Part shown: piece by piece, positions 1-14,220 of the stretch
Layout: every line of letters starts with the position of its first letter
How positions within the stretch are numbered: the stretch's first letter is position 1
Assembly (NCBI RefSeq): GCF_009914755.1
Contig: NC_060936.1
From: the human T2T-CHM13v2.0 reference genome, Homo sapiens
DNA: 64,000 bases
Strand: one strand, 5' to 3'
Notes under the pieces: model-generated
What the model saw: only the letters and a program-made list of their open reading frames with translations
The model's database searches: none
Told to the model about the DNA's origin: nothing
Translations under genes and position numbers: made by a program

Positions 1-74
1 ATACAATGGAGAATAGGAAATTTATGGTTTCTACCATCAAAGAGAAATCTTTTTATATCCCACAGAGTTAGTTA

Positions 75-320
75 ATAGTAACAATAACATTCATTGAGCT
101 CTTAGCTATGCCAGGCCCCCATCCAAGTGTATATAGGCATTAGCATGTTAATTCCTATAAACCTTACTGGTACTGTTAATTATTCTACTTTTTACACTTA
201 AAGAAATTGAGGCAAAGGGAAGTTAAATAATTTTTCCAAGGTTACATAGCTTGTAAGTGGTAAGAAATTTGAACCCAAGTAAGGCTGACTGGCTCTTGGG
301 TACAGGCTTTTAACAACTAT
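75..320 (-). mobile_element. MIR SINE
   Basis: MIR core in antisense: aagaaattgaggcaaagggaagttaaataatttttccaaggttacatagcttgtaagtgg. Confidence 0.7.
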
Positions 321-339
321 TCTATGTTTTTTTTCTAGG

Positions 340-580
340 GGTATAAGAAAATGAAGAGGAGTAAGTTTTTGAGGGTTGGAGGTGGGCAAAGGTGATTGGT
401 TTGCAATATGTTAAATTTGAGTTGCCTGAAGGCATCAAGAATGGAGATATGCAGTGGGCCATGGGGTATACAGATCTGCAGTTGGGCAGAGAGATCTGGG
501 CCAACCAACATTTAGGTGATTTTTTTAGGCATCAGCAGTACATGGCTGGAATATGAAACCATAGGGAGAAAGCCTATGAA
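340..580 (-). mobile_element. L2 LINE fragment
   Basis: atgttaaatttgagttgcctg...tggagatatgcagtggg...gagagatctgggc resembles antisense L2. Confidence 0.55.
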
Positions 581-819
581 AGGTATGAGATGAATATATT
601 TTTAAAATCTACCTTCAGAAAATCCAAGAATGTATATTAAATTATAATTCAGGAAAAATACCACTACAGAGAGTTCACATAATGTAGATAAAGATATGTA
701 GCCCTTTGGCAGTTGGATGTATATGTACATGTTAGGTCCTGCGGTTGAGCTCAGCTGGTAAGGAGGAATGGGTAGCAAGCATTTGTCTCATTTGGTAATG
801 GCCAGCCATGTATTGGGGG

Positions 820-960
820 CACATTGCCTCAGATTCTCATAACTCTTTTCGGGAAGGTGCTGTCATCCTCATTTTATAATTGAGGAAACTGAGGCCCAGA
901 AGATTAAGTAATTTGTCATGTGTCAAGGTTGCACAATAGTAAGTGGCAAAGCTTGGGTTT
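820..960 (-). mobile_element. MIR, interrupted by an MLT1A LTR
   Basis: ctcattttataattgaggaaactgaggcccagaagattaagtaatttg; MIR-like sequence resumes after 1275. Confidence 0.7.
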
Positions 961-1274
961 TGTCTTAGTCAGTTTGGGCTGCTATGACAAACTACCATAG
1001 ATTGAAGGGCTTGTAAACAACAGAAATTTATATCTCACCGTTCTGGAGGCTGGGAAGTCCAAGATCAAGGCAGATTCAATGTCTACTAAGGGCCCACTTT
1101 CTGGTCATCTTCTCAACCTTGCATGGCAGAAGGGGTGAGGGAGCTCCCTGGGGCACTAATGCCCTCATGACCCAATCACCTACCAAAGGCCCAACCTCCA
1201 AATATTATCACATTGGGCATTAAGATTTAACCTGTAGATTTGGAGGGGGACACACATTCATTCAGTCTCTATCA
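961..1274 (-). mobile_element. MLT1A-family MaLR solo LTR
   Basis: TG...CA termini; tgtcttagtcagtttgggctgctatgacaaactaccatagattg and ctggaggctgggaagtccaagatcaagg; near-TSD ggttt/gcttt. Confidence 0.8.
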
Positions 1275-1982
1275 GCTTTAGAGCCAGGGCTTTTGACTGC
1301 CCTTTGTTTCTACCCCTCCTGCACAGTTGGGCCACCGGAACAGTAGTAGATGTGAAAGCTTCTGCTATGTAAACAGGTTTGCTCCACTCACAAACATGCC
1401 ACTGGACATACAGCTGAGGCCCAAGGTTGCCTTTGATAGTGCAGAGAAGAAATAACCCAGTCGGAAAAGTATTCCATCACTCCCATAAAAGCTCCCTAGA
1501 ACAGCTTTGGTAAGGGAAGGTTCACTTTGTAGCCAGACAGGAACCCAGGTGCATGCTGCACAGTGAGGCACAAAGTGCCCTGCTAGCTCCTTCACCCTTG
1601 GACTGCTGTCACCCCACCCGGGCAGCAAGCACCGCTTCCTAGGTAGGCTGCTCTGCCTCCCACCCTCTCTGACTGTGCAGTGACATGGATGGGAGCCACT
1701 GATCCACTTCTCATGAAATCCAATTATTCAGGCAGAAAAGATGACTTCCTGGCAGAGCCCACAGGAAGCGTCCCCCAAGCCCCAGGAAACAAAACAAATA
1801 CAGCTCTTCCTATCATTTTGACATCCTCTTTCTGCCCACCCCTCCCCAACAAGACAGACAGCAGAAATCTGGACTCAGCACTTTTACTTTTAACTCTTTC
1901 TTGCCATTAATGTTAATGAATGGTTCTTCTCAGGGCCAAAGGCTTCTGTCTTTCTCCCTTCCTCTTTTGTCTTTCTGTTTGG

Positions 1983-2208
1983 TTTTTTTTTTTAAATACT
2001 TTAAGTTTTGGGATACATGTGCAGAACGCGCAGGTTTGTTACATAGGTATACACATGCCATAATGGTTTGCTGCACCCATCAACCCGTCATCTATGTTAG
2101 GTATTTCTCCTAACGCTATCCCTCCCCCAGCCCCCTACCCCTCAACAGGCCCTGGTGTGTGATGTTCCCCTCCCTGTGTCCATGTGTTCTCTTTGTTCAA
2201 CTCCCACT
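1983..2208 (-). mobile_element. L1PA 3' end, heavily 5'-truncated
   Basis: poly-T, then tactttaagttttgggatacatgtgcagaacgcgcaggtttgttacataggtatac...ttcaactcccactt. Confidence 0.88.
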
Positions 2209-2399
2209 TTATTTAGGTACATTCCTAACAGCCATCTTTTCCCCAGTACTCTTACTGCTCCACATCTTGGAGAACTTATCTTGTGGATTCCACAACTTCA
2301 AGGTGTTCTTAACCCCATTGTTAGTTTAGGGATGTCTAAATGTTGTAGGATACTGTCACTGTTGTACATACACACTTATTTTGATGGGTTTGGTTGTTA

Positions 2400-2632
2400 C
2401 TATCCAAGGCTTGAATTAATCCCACAGGGGAGCTCTGGAACTGAGATGGCCCCAGCAAGGGAGCAGAATCTTGGGTGAAGTGGCTCTCTTTAGCCAAGGT
2501 CCATTACTGGGGAGGGACTCAGGTATGAGCCATTCACAGCCAAACTCTTGGCAGCTAGAAGACTGAGTACTTCAGTCCCAGCACTTCAGTCTCAGAGCAG
2601 TGATCTGGGCAGGACTGCAGCATCCTCTGCAA
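2400..2632 (-). mobile_element. LTR33-like ERVL LTR fragment
   Basis: ggagggactcaggtatgagccattcacagccaaactcttggcagct...gatctgggc...cagcatcc. Confidence 0.55.
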
Positions 2633-2634
2633 CA

Positions 2635-2746
2635 CCTTTCTACCTAGTTCACCCACACATACCTTCCTATCTGGTTCACCCACACATACCTTCCTACCTG
2701 GTTCACCCACACATACCTTCCTACCTGGTTCACCCACACATACCTT
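2635..2746. repeat. 27-bp minisatellite, ~4 copies (CCTTCCTACCTGGTTCACCCACACATA)
   Basis: Units start at 2635, 2662, 2689 and 2716; copies 3 and 4 are identical. Confidence 0.95.
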
Positions 2747-2997
2747 TATCTTTTCAGGATCTTCAGCTGTTTCTTGCAGAAATCACCTTGACAATATTCA
2801 GCTTATTCAACTGAAAATATCTCCTCAGTGTTCTTTTTCTCTACACTGCATTATGAAATGGAGGTCTTTGTAATGAACAAGAAACAAGCCAACAAAATAA
2901 TGGGGAAGATCTGGTTTTTGTATTCTCCTTTATGTTACCATTGTCACCATCCTAATTTTGGCCTTAATTATATCTATTTGGATTTATGAATGGCTTC

Positions 2998-4780
<1,783 letters not shown>

Positions 4781-5449
4781 GCAGACATCACCTTAGCAAT
4801 ATAAGGAATTATGTCAGGTGAAAATATCACCAGCTTTCTTTCGCCCTAAAATGCATAATAAAATGGAGGTCTTTATAATGTTAAAGCAACAGTGGAAAAG
4901 ACCTGGGTTCCATTTTCTCCTTTAGTTACCATTATCACCATCCTACTTTTGGCCTTAATTACTTCTAATTTTGATGAGTTGACTGGCTTCTTAACTATTC
5001 TTCCCACCCAGTCTCTCTTCCTTCCTGTCATGATTTGAGAAAAACCTCCCTGAAGAACACTCCTGGCCATATTGTTTGTTTTTCTCTTAACAAAAATAAT
5101 CACTGGCTTCTCATTACCCACAGAATACTCTGCTCAGCAGGGATGCTGGTGTCTCCCACAGTCCAGTGTCAGGGACACAGTCATCTCTGTCTTGGGATAT
5201 CCCATTCCTACCTTTCTTCTTGATACAGTGGAAATATGGTCACTTCTCCTATGTTTTTGTAACTTAGGACACTTAATGTTATTTTTTCTGCATCTTTTTA
5301 TATTTCATATTTCCCACAAGATTGGAAGTGCCCAAGGATACTAGCCATGTTGTACCTATTTTTATATATTCATAGTTCCTTCCTGGTATAGTGCCTTGTA
5401 TGTAGCAGGCATTTTACTTGTGTTTACAGAAGGAATAGATACACACAGC

Positions 5450-5940
5450 CTATATATATTCCATATATATATTTTCCATGTATATATATATTCCATATAT
5501 ATGTTTTCCATATATATATATTCCATATATATGTTTTCCATATATATATTCCATATATATATTTTCCATATATATATATTCCATATATATATTTTCCATA
5601 TATATTCCATATATATATTTTCCATATATATATATTCCATATATATATTTTCCATATATATATTCCATATATATATTTTCCATATATATATATTCCATAT
5701 ATGTATTTTCCATATATATATTCATATATGTATTTTCCATATATGTATTTTCCATATATGTATTTTCCATATATGTATTTTCCATATATGTATTTTCCAT
5801 ATATGTATTTTCCATATATATACATTCATATATGTATTTTCCATATATATACATTCATATATGTATTTTCCATATATATATTTTTTCCATATATATTTTT
5901 TTTTCCATATATATATATATTTTTTCCATATATATATATA
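5450..5940. repeat. AT-rich minisatellite, ~14-16-bp units (TTCCATATATATAT / TATTTTCCATATATG)
   Basis: About 490 bp of reiterated ttccatat(at)n units; source of the low-complexity ORFs in all frames. Confidence 0.95.
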
Positions 5941-6024
5941 CCAAATAAGAGAATATATCTCTGGTACAAATGAAGAATATTTTCTCAACTCTTCTTTTAT
6001 AAGTACCCTTTAATTATATGATAG

Positions 6025-6397
<373 letters not shown>

Positions 6398-7649
6398 AGA
6401 CATTTTTATTTTTAAGGATACAACGTATTGTAGAAATGCGGTAGAGCACATATGTGGAATTTTATAACTTTGAAGCAGCTTTTCAGTTTGTGAGTACTCA
6501 TCATTACTGACAACTTACTTTTCTGACCATCACCAGAGGAATCCAATTAATGATTCTTTGGAGGAAAAAATAAGAAAGGAATCCAAACTAATATACACAA
6601 AAATTCCCTTCCCTGATACTGATTGAACCTAATACTAATAGCTCTTGTTTTGAATTTCATAATTCTAGAAGAGTTAAACTTGAAAATGTATCTCTAAACA
6701 ATGCAGCCTCTGTTTTCCACCAAAAGGCGGTGATTGTGTTGAGCATTTTAACTGGTTATCAGACCTCAGGCTGCCGGTTTGAAGAGTGAACTTTGGCAAT
6801 AGGAACTTGGCTCTCAATCCTGTTTTGCAGCTGGCTAGAATGTGAATAAACTTATTGAAAGACATATCTTCTCAAAGAAGGAGAGGAATAAAGCCCTCAA
6901 CCTAATAACCTTCCTCCTTTCTGACAGCCCCCAGCCTCCACATACCTTTTTAGAAAGCATCTTCAGAGAGAGAGGTTTTTAGATGTCCAAAACCTCAGAG
7001 AACTAGACAGTTCTTGCTCACTAGTAATCCTCATCTTGGGAGATTTATTCTTTGCTAAGTCCCTGCACCAGGAGTGTGGTTTTCTTTCTGACTTCTCCCT
7101 CTTTAAGGAATTGTGCAAATACCACAAGCTTTTTGTGCTTTTTGTAACTCAACTGTTTCTTTTTTGCTTTTATTAGAGTCCATCTCTGTTTTCTGGCAGG
7201 ATGATGGCTCTAACGTGCTGCACATGGTGTCTAGGTGGGCCCTTCTCTCCAGCTCATGACATGCTTGTAGCTTTCTTTCAGAGTGGCACTTTGGGGCAAC
7301 ATCCTGTTAATCTGAGAAAGGTTTACCTCTTCCTGTGTCCCTCCGTGCCCTCCTTTCATCCCAGAGCCCGCCATCTTAACCAAAGTCTTTGAGTTTTCAA
7401 GGAGGTGATAAAATCTGTATAAACCTTTGCATTCCGTAGAATTGTTGACATTCTCTAAATGGAGCAGAAACATTTGAGATGTGTTGGAAGCCTTGCCTGG
7501 CATTGATCATTTCAAACAGTGACCTTTTCTCCTTACACAGTGTCTTCTCTTCTGGAAAAGCCTACCTGTGTGTCCTGTCCTGAGTCCCCCACTCCACCCC
7601 ACCCCACCCCCATTATGCATTAGTTGCCCCACATTAGTGTTTTCTTAAC

Positions 7650-8215
<566 letters not shown>

Positions 8216-8936
8216 TGAAGAATGTGTTCCAGCAGCCACAGCAGCAAAACTGATCTGAAAAACAACTCTATCAAAATTTGTACAGTGTTCTTGTCCCAAT
8301 TCTGGCAGATATTTTTAAGTGTTGTAGAGCTTGCTTACAAGAAACAGATTAAACTTAAAGAGAAGGCTTCTTCCACCATGGCTCTTTATTTTATTTGAAT
8401 TTTTATTTGTTTTTTTTAGACTGACTTGTAGAATGTTTATGTTGATGGAATGAAGACAAACTTTCTCAAGATTCCTCAGCATGCTCCTGGTTTTCTGATT
8501 TAAAAGCTCTTGCTGTTAGGGGAAGATCTGCTTTTCAGACTTAGTAACTGATAGTCTTACATAACTATATACATTATGAAAACATTTTATTGCTTAGAAG
8601 GAATATACTTTTATTCAGTGGATCCAGTTTTGGGTTTGTGTGTGTGTGTGGAGGTGGGGGTAGGTTAAGTGTGATTTAGCCAATTTTTAAAATATGTAAT
8701 AGAGAGTAGGAAGGGGTCAGCTTCTCACCTATGGCTCATGCAGAAAATGACCTTGTTGGCCTCAGTTAGTTAACATTTTTATCATCTAGTACACAGGACA
8801 GTTTTAGAGTCTGTGTCCTCCTTACTTTAAATGTACACTCACCCCCCTCCCCACTCTGCACCTCACTATTCTGCTTTCTGTAGCCCTAGTGTACCAAAAA
8901 TAGTGAAATAGAATGGATGAATAAGACCCCCACCAG

Positions 8937-9260
8937 GGCTGGATGCAGTGGCTCATGCCTGTAATCCAGCATTTGGGGAGGCCAAGGCAGGAGGATTGCT
9001 TGAAGCCAGGAGTTTGAGACTAGGCTGGGCAACGAAGTGAGACCACATTTCTACAAAAAAATTTTTTTTTAATTAGCCAGATATGGTGGTATGCACCTAC
9101 AGTCTTAGCTACTGGAGAGGCTGAGGTGGGAGGCTTGCTTGTGCCCAGGAGTTTGAGGCTGCAGTGAGCTATGATTGTGCACTGCACTACAGCCCAGGCA
9201 ATAGAGTAAGACCTGTCTCTTAAAAAGAAAGAAGGAAGAAAGGAAGAAAAGAAAGAAAAA
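8937..9260 (+). mobile_element. AluJ
   Basis: ggaggattgcttgaagccaggagtttgagac and gaggctgcagtgagctatgatt; A/G-rich tail. Confidence 0.93.
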
Positions 9261-9508
9261 ATCCACACCAATGAGCCTTCCTTCTGATTTCTGGATGAGA
9301 ATCAGATGCATCCTGCCTTTGACACACCAAATAGAAGTTAGTCCCAGAATGATCAGCTTAGTGGGCCTCAGACACAGTTTATGTTTCATGGTACTGGGGA
9401 TAAAAAATATCTTGATGAAGCCCTTACAAAGAGCCCTGAGTGGAGGTGCTGAATAAACCTAAACTAATAGGGAGGAAGGGAAAAGGAGTTACAGGTGCTA
9501 ACACTTTT

Positions 9509-9651
9509 AATTTTTTTATTTTTTATTTATAAATAGAGACAGGATCTCACTATGTTGCCCAGGCTGTTTTCGAACTCCTGGCCTCAAGCAATCCTCCTGC
9601 CTCAGCCCCTCAAAGTACTGGGATTATAGGCATGAGTCACTGTACCGGGCC
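9509..9651 (-). mobile_element. FLAM (free left Alu monomer)
   Basis: Single monomer; 16-bp TSD aggtgctaacactttt. Confidence 0.9.
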
Positions 9652-9669
9652 AGGTGCTAACACTTTTTA

Positions 9670-9860
9670 AACACTTTGCATGTATCATTTCATTTAATCT
9701 TTAAAACAACTTTGAAAGCAGGTATTGTTCCCATTTTGCTGGAGAAAGACATCAAGAGAATAAGTAATTTGCCTGAAGTCACACAAATAGTAAGTGGCAG
9801 AGGATGGCTTCCAACTTAGATCTCTGACTCCAGAGCTTGTACCGTTTCCATTATACCAGA
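9670..9860 (-). mobile_element. MIR
   Basis: catttaatctttaaaacaac...aagtaatttgcctgaagtcacacaaatagtaagtggcagag...tctgactccagagc. Confidence 0.75.
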
Positions 9861-10104
9861 TTGTCCAGTGGCTTATTGTTAAGTGGCTGCTGATAGTGTG
9901 ATAAGACAGTACTGGAAAGTGGGGAGAAAACACAGGGATTGGGAGACAGAAGGTAAACCATATGTGGAGAATCTGACATGGTACATCATCTCATTAAGTT
10001 TCTATTTTATTTTTTTCATCTTCTCAGAAGGAAAAGCCTTTTCACTTTTTAAAGTCTCTGCCTTATTCTCTTTTGCACAGGTCTTCATGTAAGTTTCTTG
10101 ATTG

Positions 10105-10410
<306 letters not shown>

Positions 10411-11104
10411 TGCCCATGATTCCATCATCTGGAAGAGTATGAAGTATAAGGTTAAAGGAAACCATTCCTTCCAGACTTTCATCCTTGCTGCCATCTCAGT
10501 ATTTAAAAAAATAACATGGAACTGGTTCATGTCAGCACTTCTAGCAATGGTGCTGTTGTTAACAGTGGAAATACATTTGGAGAGCTTATCATTGGCTTAT
10601 TTCTGAGCCCTAAACTTTCACTGACAGTCTTCCCAATATATGAAAATAAATTGTGTATTTTTCACCGTCAATCTTTTTTTGTTGTTCTTGTTATTTAGGA
10701 CATTTCACTAATTCTCTTTGCTATTCTACAGACATCGTCTTGGTAGCAGAGGCACTCACATACATCCATACATCAGTCTCAGTGTTTCTTCTATAAAACT
10801 TTGCAGAGATATTCTTTTCTGTTTTGTTTTGCTCAACAAACTGTGATTTGAAAGTAGCTCCATAGGAAACTTTTTTTCCTCTGCCTAGGAGAAAAAGGTT
10901 GTAGTTTTATATAACTCTATTAGGAAGATGTCTTAAAGAGTCAAAAGATTAAGATCACAGAAAAGTTAACATTCTAGCATTTTGTTTACATATTTCCTTT
11001 TCATGAAAAACTTTTCTTGCCCTAGCAATTTCTAATTTTCTTTTATTCTTTGCCTTATTTAAATGGAATTTTCCCCCATCTTTCTCATTAAAAAGAAAAA
11101 AGCA

Positions 11105-11625
<521 letters not shown>

Positions 11626-11741
11626 ATTGTCAGTACACTTCCTCCTTCCCCTTTCCTTTTTTTTAAATTAAGCTTTTAAAAAATTATTTGCTTTTGAAGC
11701 CTTTTAAATTTATTTTTAATTTTTAAAATTAACAAATAAAA

Positions 11742-12167
<426 letters not shown>

Positions 12168-12772
12168 CCTTCTTAAATACTTAATTTAGTTAGACTTAAC
12201 TCCTCATGCCAGTTCTTTGTAAAGGTCATTATAAATACCCACTTGACTGAATAAGTGAAAATGTAACTTTAAGAGAGACTCCACTGTGGCATAAGATAAG
12301 GCCAACTGATAGAAAAGGAGTTAATTCTCAATGTTGGTTTTCTTCATAAGCCATCTGTTTTTCAGGTACTGTATTGACTAATATGATGTTCATAAGTTTC
12401 TCTTTTTTATTTTTGAAAAAAAAAAACAAGCTTTTGAAGAGGGGCCTTAAACTGAGTTATATTTGAATTGAAATAATGAGCTGCTTATGGACATTTGAGT
12501 TTGGGATAGGAAAAAAACTTTTAAAATATAATTTGAGCAAATTCTTTTCTTTTAATGACTATTATTTTGCCTGGACCCATTTACTGAAAATTATTTGAGG
12601 ATGTACAGTTCTGATTATAAATCACTTCCCTAAAAGTACTCTGTGTTCTCAAAAGGCTCCGTCCGAAAGTGAACACGTGCTTCAGTTTGTTATGACTGAG
12701 CTACTGATTGTGCAACACACTTTTGATAAGTCACTGATGTCTGTTAGCCCTGTTTGCATGACATAAGAGTGA

Positions 12773-13070
12773 TTTCTTTTTTTTGAGACAGGGTCTAGGT
12801 CTGTCACCCAGGCTGGAGTGCATTGGCGCAATCCCGAGTAGTTGGGACTACAGACATGCACCTCCATGCCTGACTAATTTTGTACTTTTCTGTGAAAAGT
12901 ACAAAATTACTGGCTGGTCTTTAACTTCTGGGATCAGCCTGGTCTGAAACTTCTGGGCTCAAGCGATCTTAAACTTCCCAGGCTGGTCTGAAACTTTTGG
13001 GCTCAAGCGATCCGTCTGCCTCAGCCTTCCAGATTGCTGGGAATACAGGCATGAACCCCTGCACCCAGCC
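12773..13070 (-). mobile_element. Rearranged AluJ
   Basis: Alu ends intact; internal deletion, fold-back palindrome and reiterated ctggtctgaaactt.tgggctcaagcgatc. Confidence 0.85.
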
Positions 13071-13426
13071 TAAGTGTCATTAAAAATTTGATCTGTTATA
13101 TAGGCACTAGGTAGAATGTCTGTCAGATGCATATTTTCAAAGTTGCAGATGCATAAATTGTGCAAGGAGGCACCAAGGCTATAAAAAAAACAACTTGTGT
13201 AAACGCCTTTAAAAGGAAAACAAAAAAATAGTTCAAGATGATTGGGTGCTGGATAGCAGAGAAGCATATGAAATAGACATACTGAAAGAGCAACAAGAAA
13301 AACTTTTAAATATTATCTCCTAATACAACAAAAATGTAAGGAGCTCTTATCATCTGGTCTCAGGTTTTGAGCAGCCTCCTGTTATTGATAGGATATGTTT
13401 GCTTGTTGATGATCAGTAAGCAAGGC

Positions 13427-13888
13427 TTTTTTTTTTTTTTTTTTTTGCAGCAGCTTTATTGAGATAGAGACATACACTTTACTATTTCCAGTGTATAATT
13501 CCATGGTTTTTAGTATATTCAGAGCTGTGCAACAATCATCACAATCAATTTTAGAACATTTTCACCATCCCCAAAAGAAACAACACACCCATTAGCCATC
13601 ACTCTCCATTCTGCCCTAAGCAACCACTAATCTACTTTTTGTCTTTATAGATTTGCCTGTTTATGAAGTCATATATTTGTCCTTTTATGTCTGTCCTCAT
13701 TCATTTAGCATAATATTTTGAAGGTTCATCCATGTTGTAGCATGTACCAGTACTTCATTCCTTTTTATTTCCAAATAATATTCCGTGGTGTGGATACACA
13801 CATTTCATTTATCCATGCATCAGTTGACGACCATTTGAGTCATTTTTACTTTTTGGTTATATGAATAACGCTGCTGTAAACATTTGAA
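13427..13888 (-). mobile_element. L1MB 3' end
   Basis: poly-T, cagctttattgagata, agagctgtgcaacaatcatcacaatcaattttagaacattttcaccatcccc, aaggttcatccatgttgtagcatg. Confidence 0.85.
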
Positions 13889-13890
13889 GG

Positions 13891-14220
13891 CACAGTACTT
13901 TTCCAGGTCACATTATCATTGAAGATCGTGAATCACAGGCCGGGGTCCTCACCATTGCCCTAACTGGTCCAGGTGAAGACCTGGACATCAGCAGGTCAGC
14001 GCCAGTGAGCTTCCTGGGCTTCTGCCTCCTTGGCACACTCACATTTGTAGGTCATCTGCTCAGGTTTAGGCTTCTGGTAGGAGACCACCATGAACAGGAA
14101 CAAATGCCTGTGGCTGGGCCAGCGAACCCATAACTATGATGGGACATCCACAAGTATCTGGCCCTGGAGAAAAGATGGAAGGAAGGAGCCAGAGTCAGGC
14201 ATAGCGCAGCCTGGCCATGC
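13891..14220 (-). pseudogene. Candidate decayed coding (retrocopy) fragment of unknown parent
   Basis: GC3-rich minus-strand frame LWVRWPSHRHLFLFMVVSYQKPKPEQMTYKCECAKEAEAQEAHWR*PADVQVFTWTS*GNGEDPGL*FTIFNDNVTWKSTV; parent not recognised. Confidence 0.3.

Noticed and set aside
2635-2746. CRISPR-like array
   Set aside because: Head-to-tail repeats with no unique spacers, no cas genes, eukaryotic context.
5362-6013. Long overlapping ORFs (up to 205 aa) rich in Y/I/F/H
   Set aside because: Translations of the AT-rich minisatellite; open in many frames only because the unit lacks stops.
6715-6733. CTCF-like motif ccaccaaaaggcggtg (weaker ones near 36678 and 59358)
   Set aside because: Mismatches in core positions; cannot be supported without a PWM scan or ChIP data.
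12654-12720. ggctccgtccgaaagtg resembling the 5' end of a Y RNA
   Set aside because: Similarity ends after ~15 nt; no complementary 3' stem.
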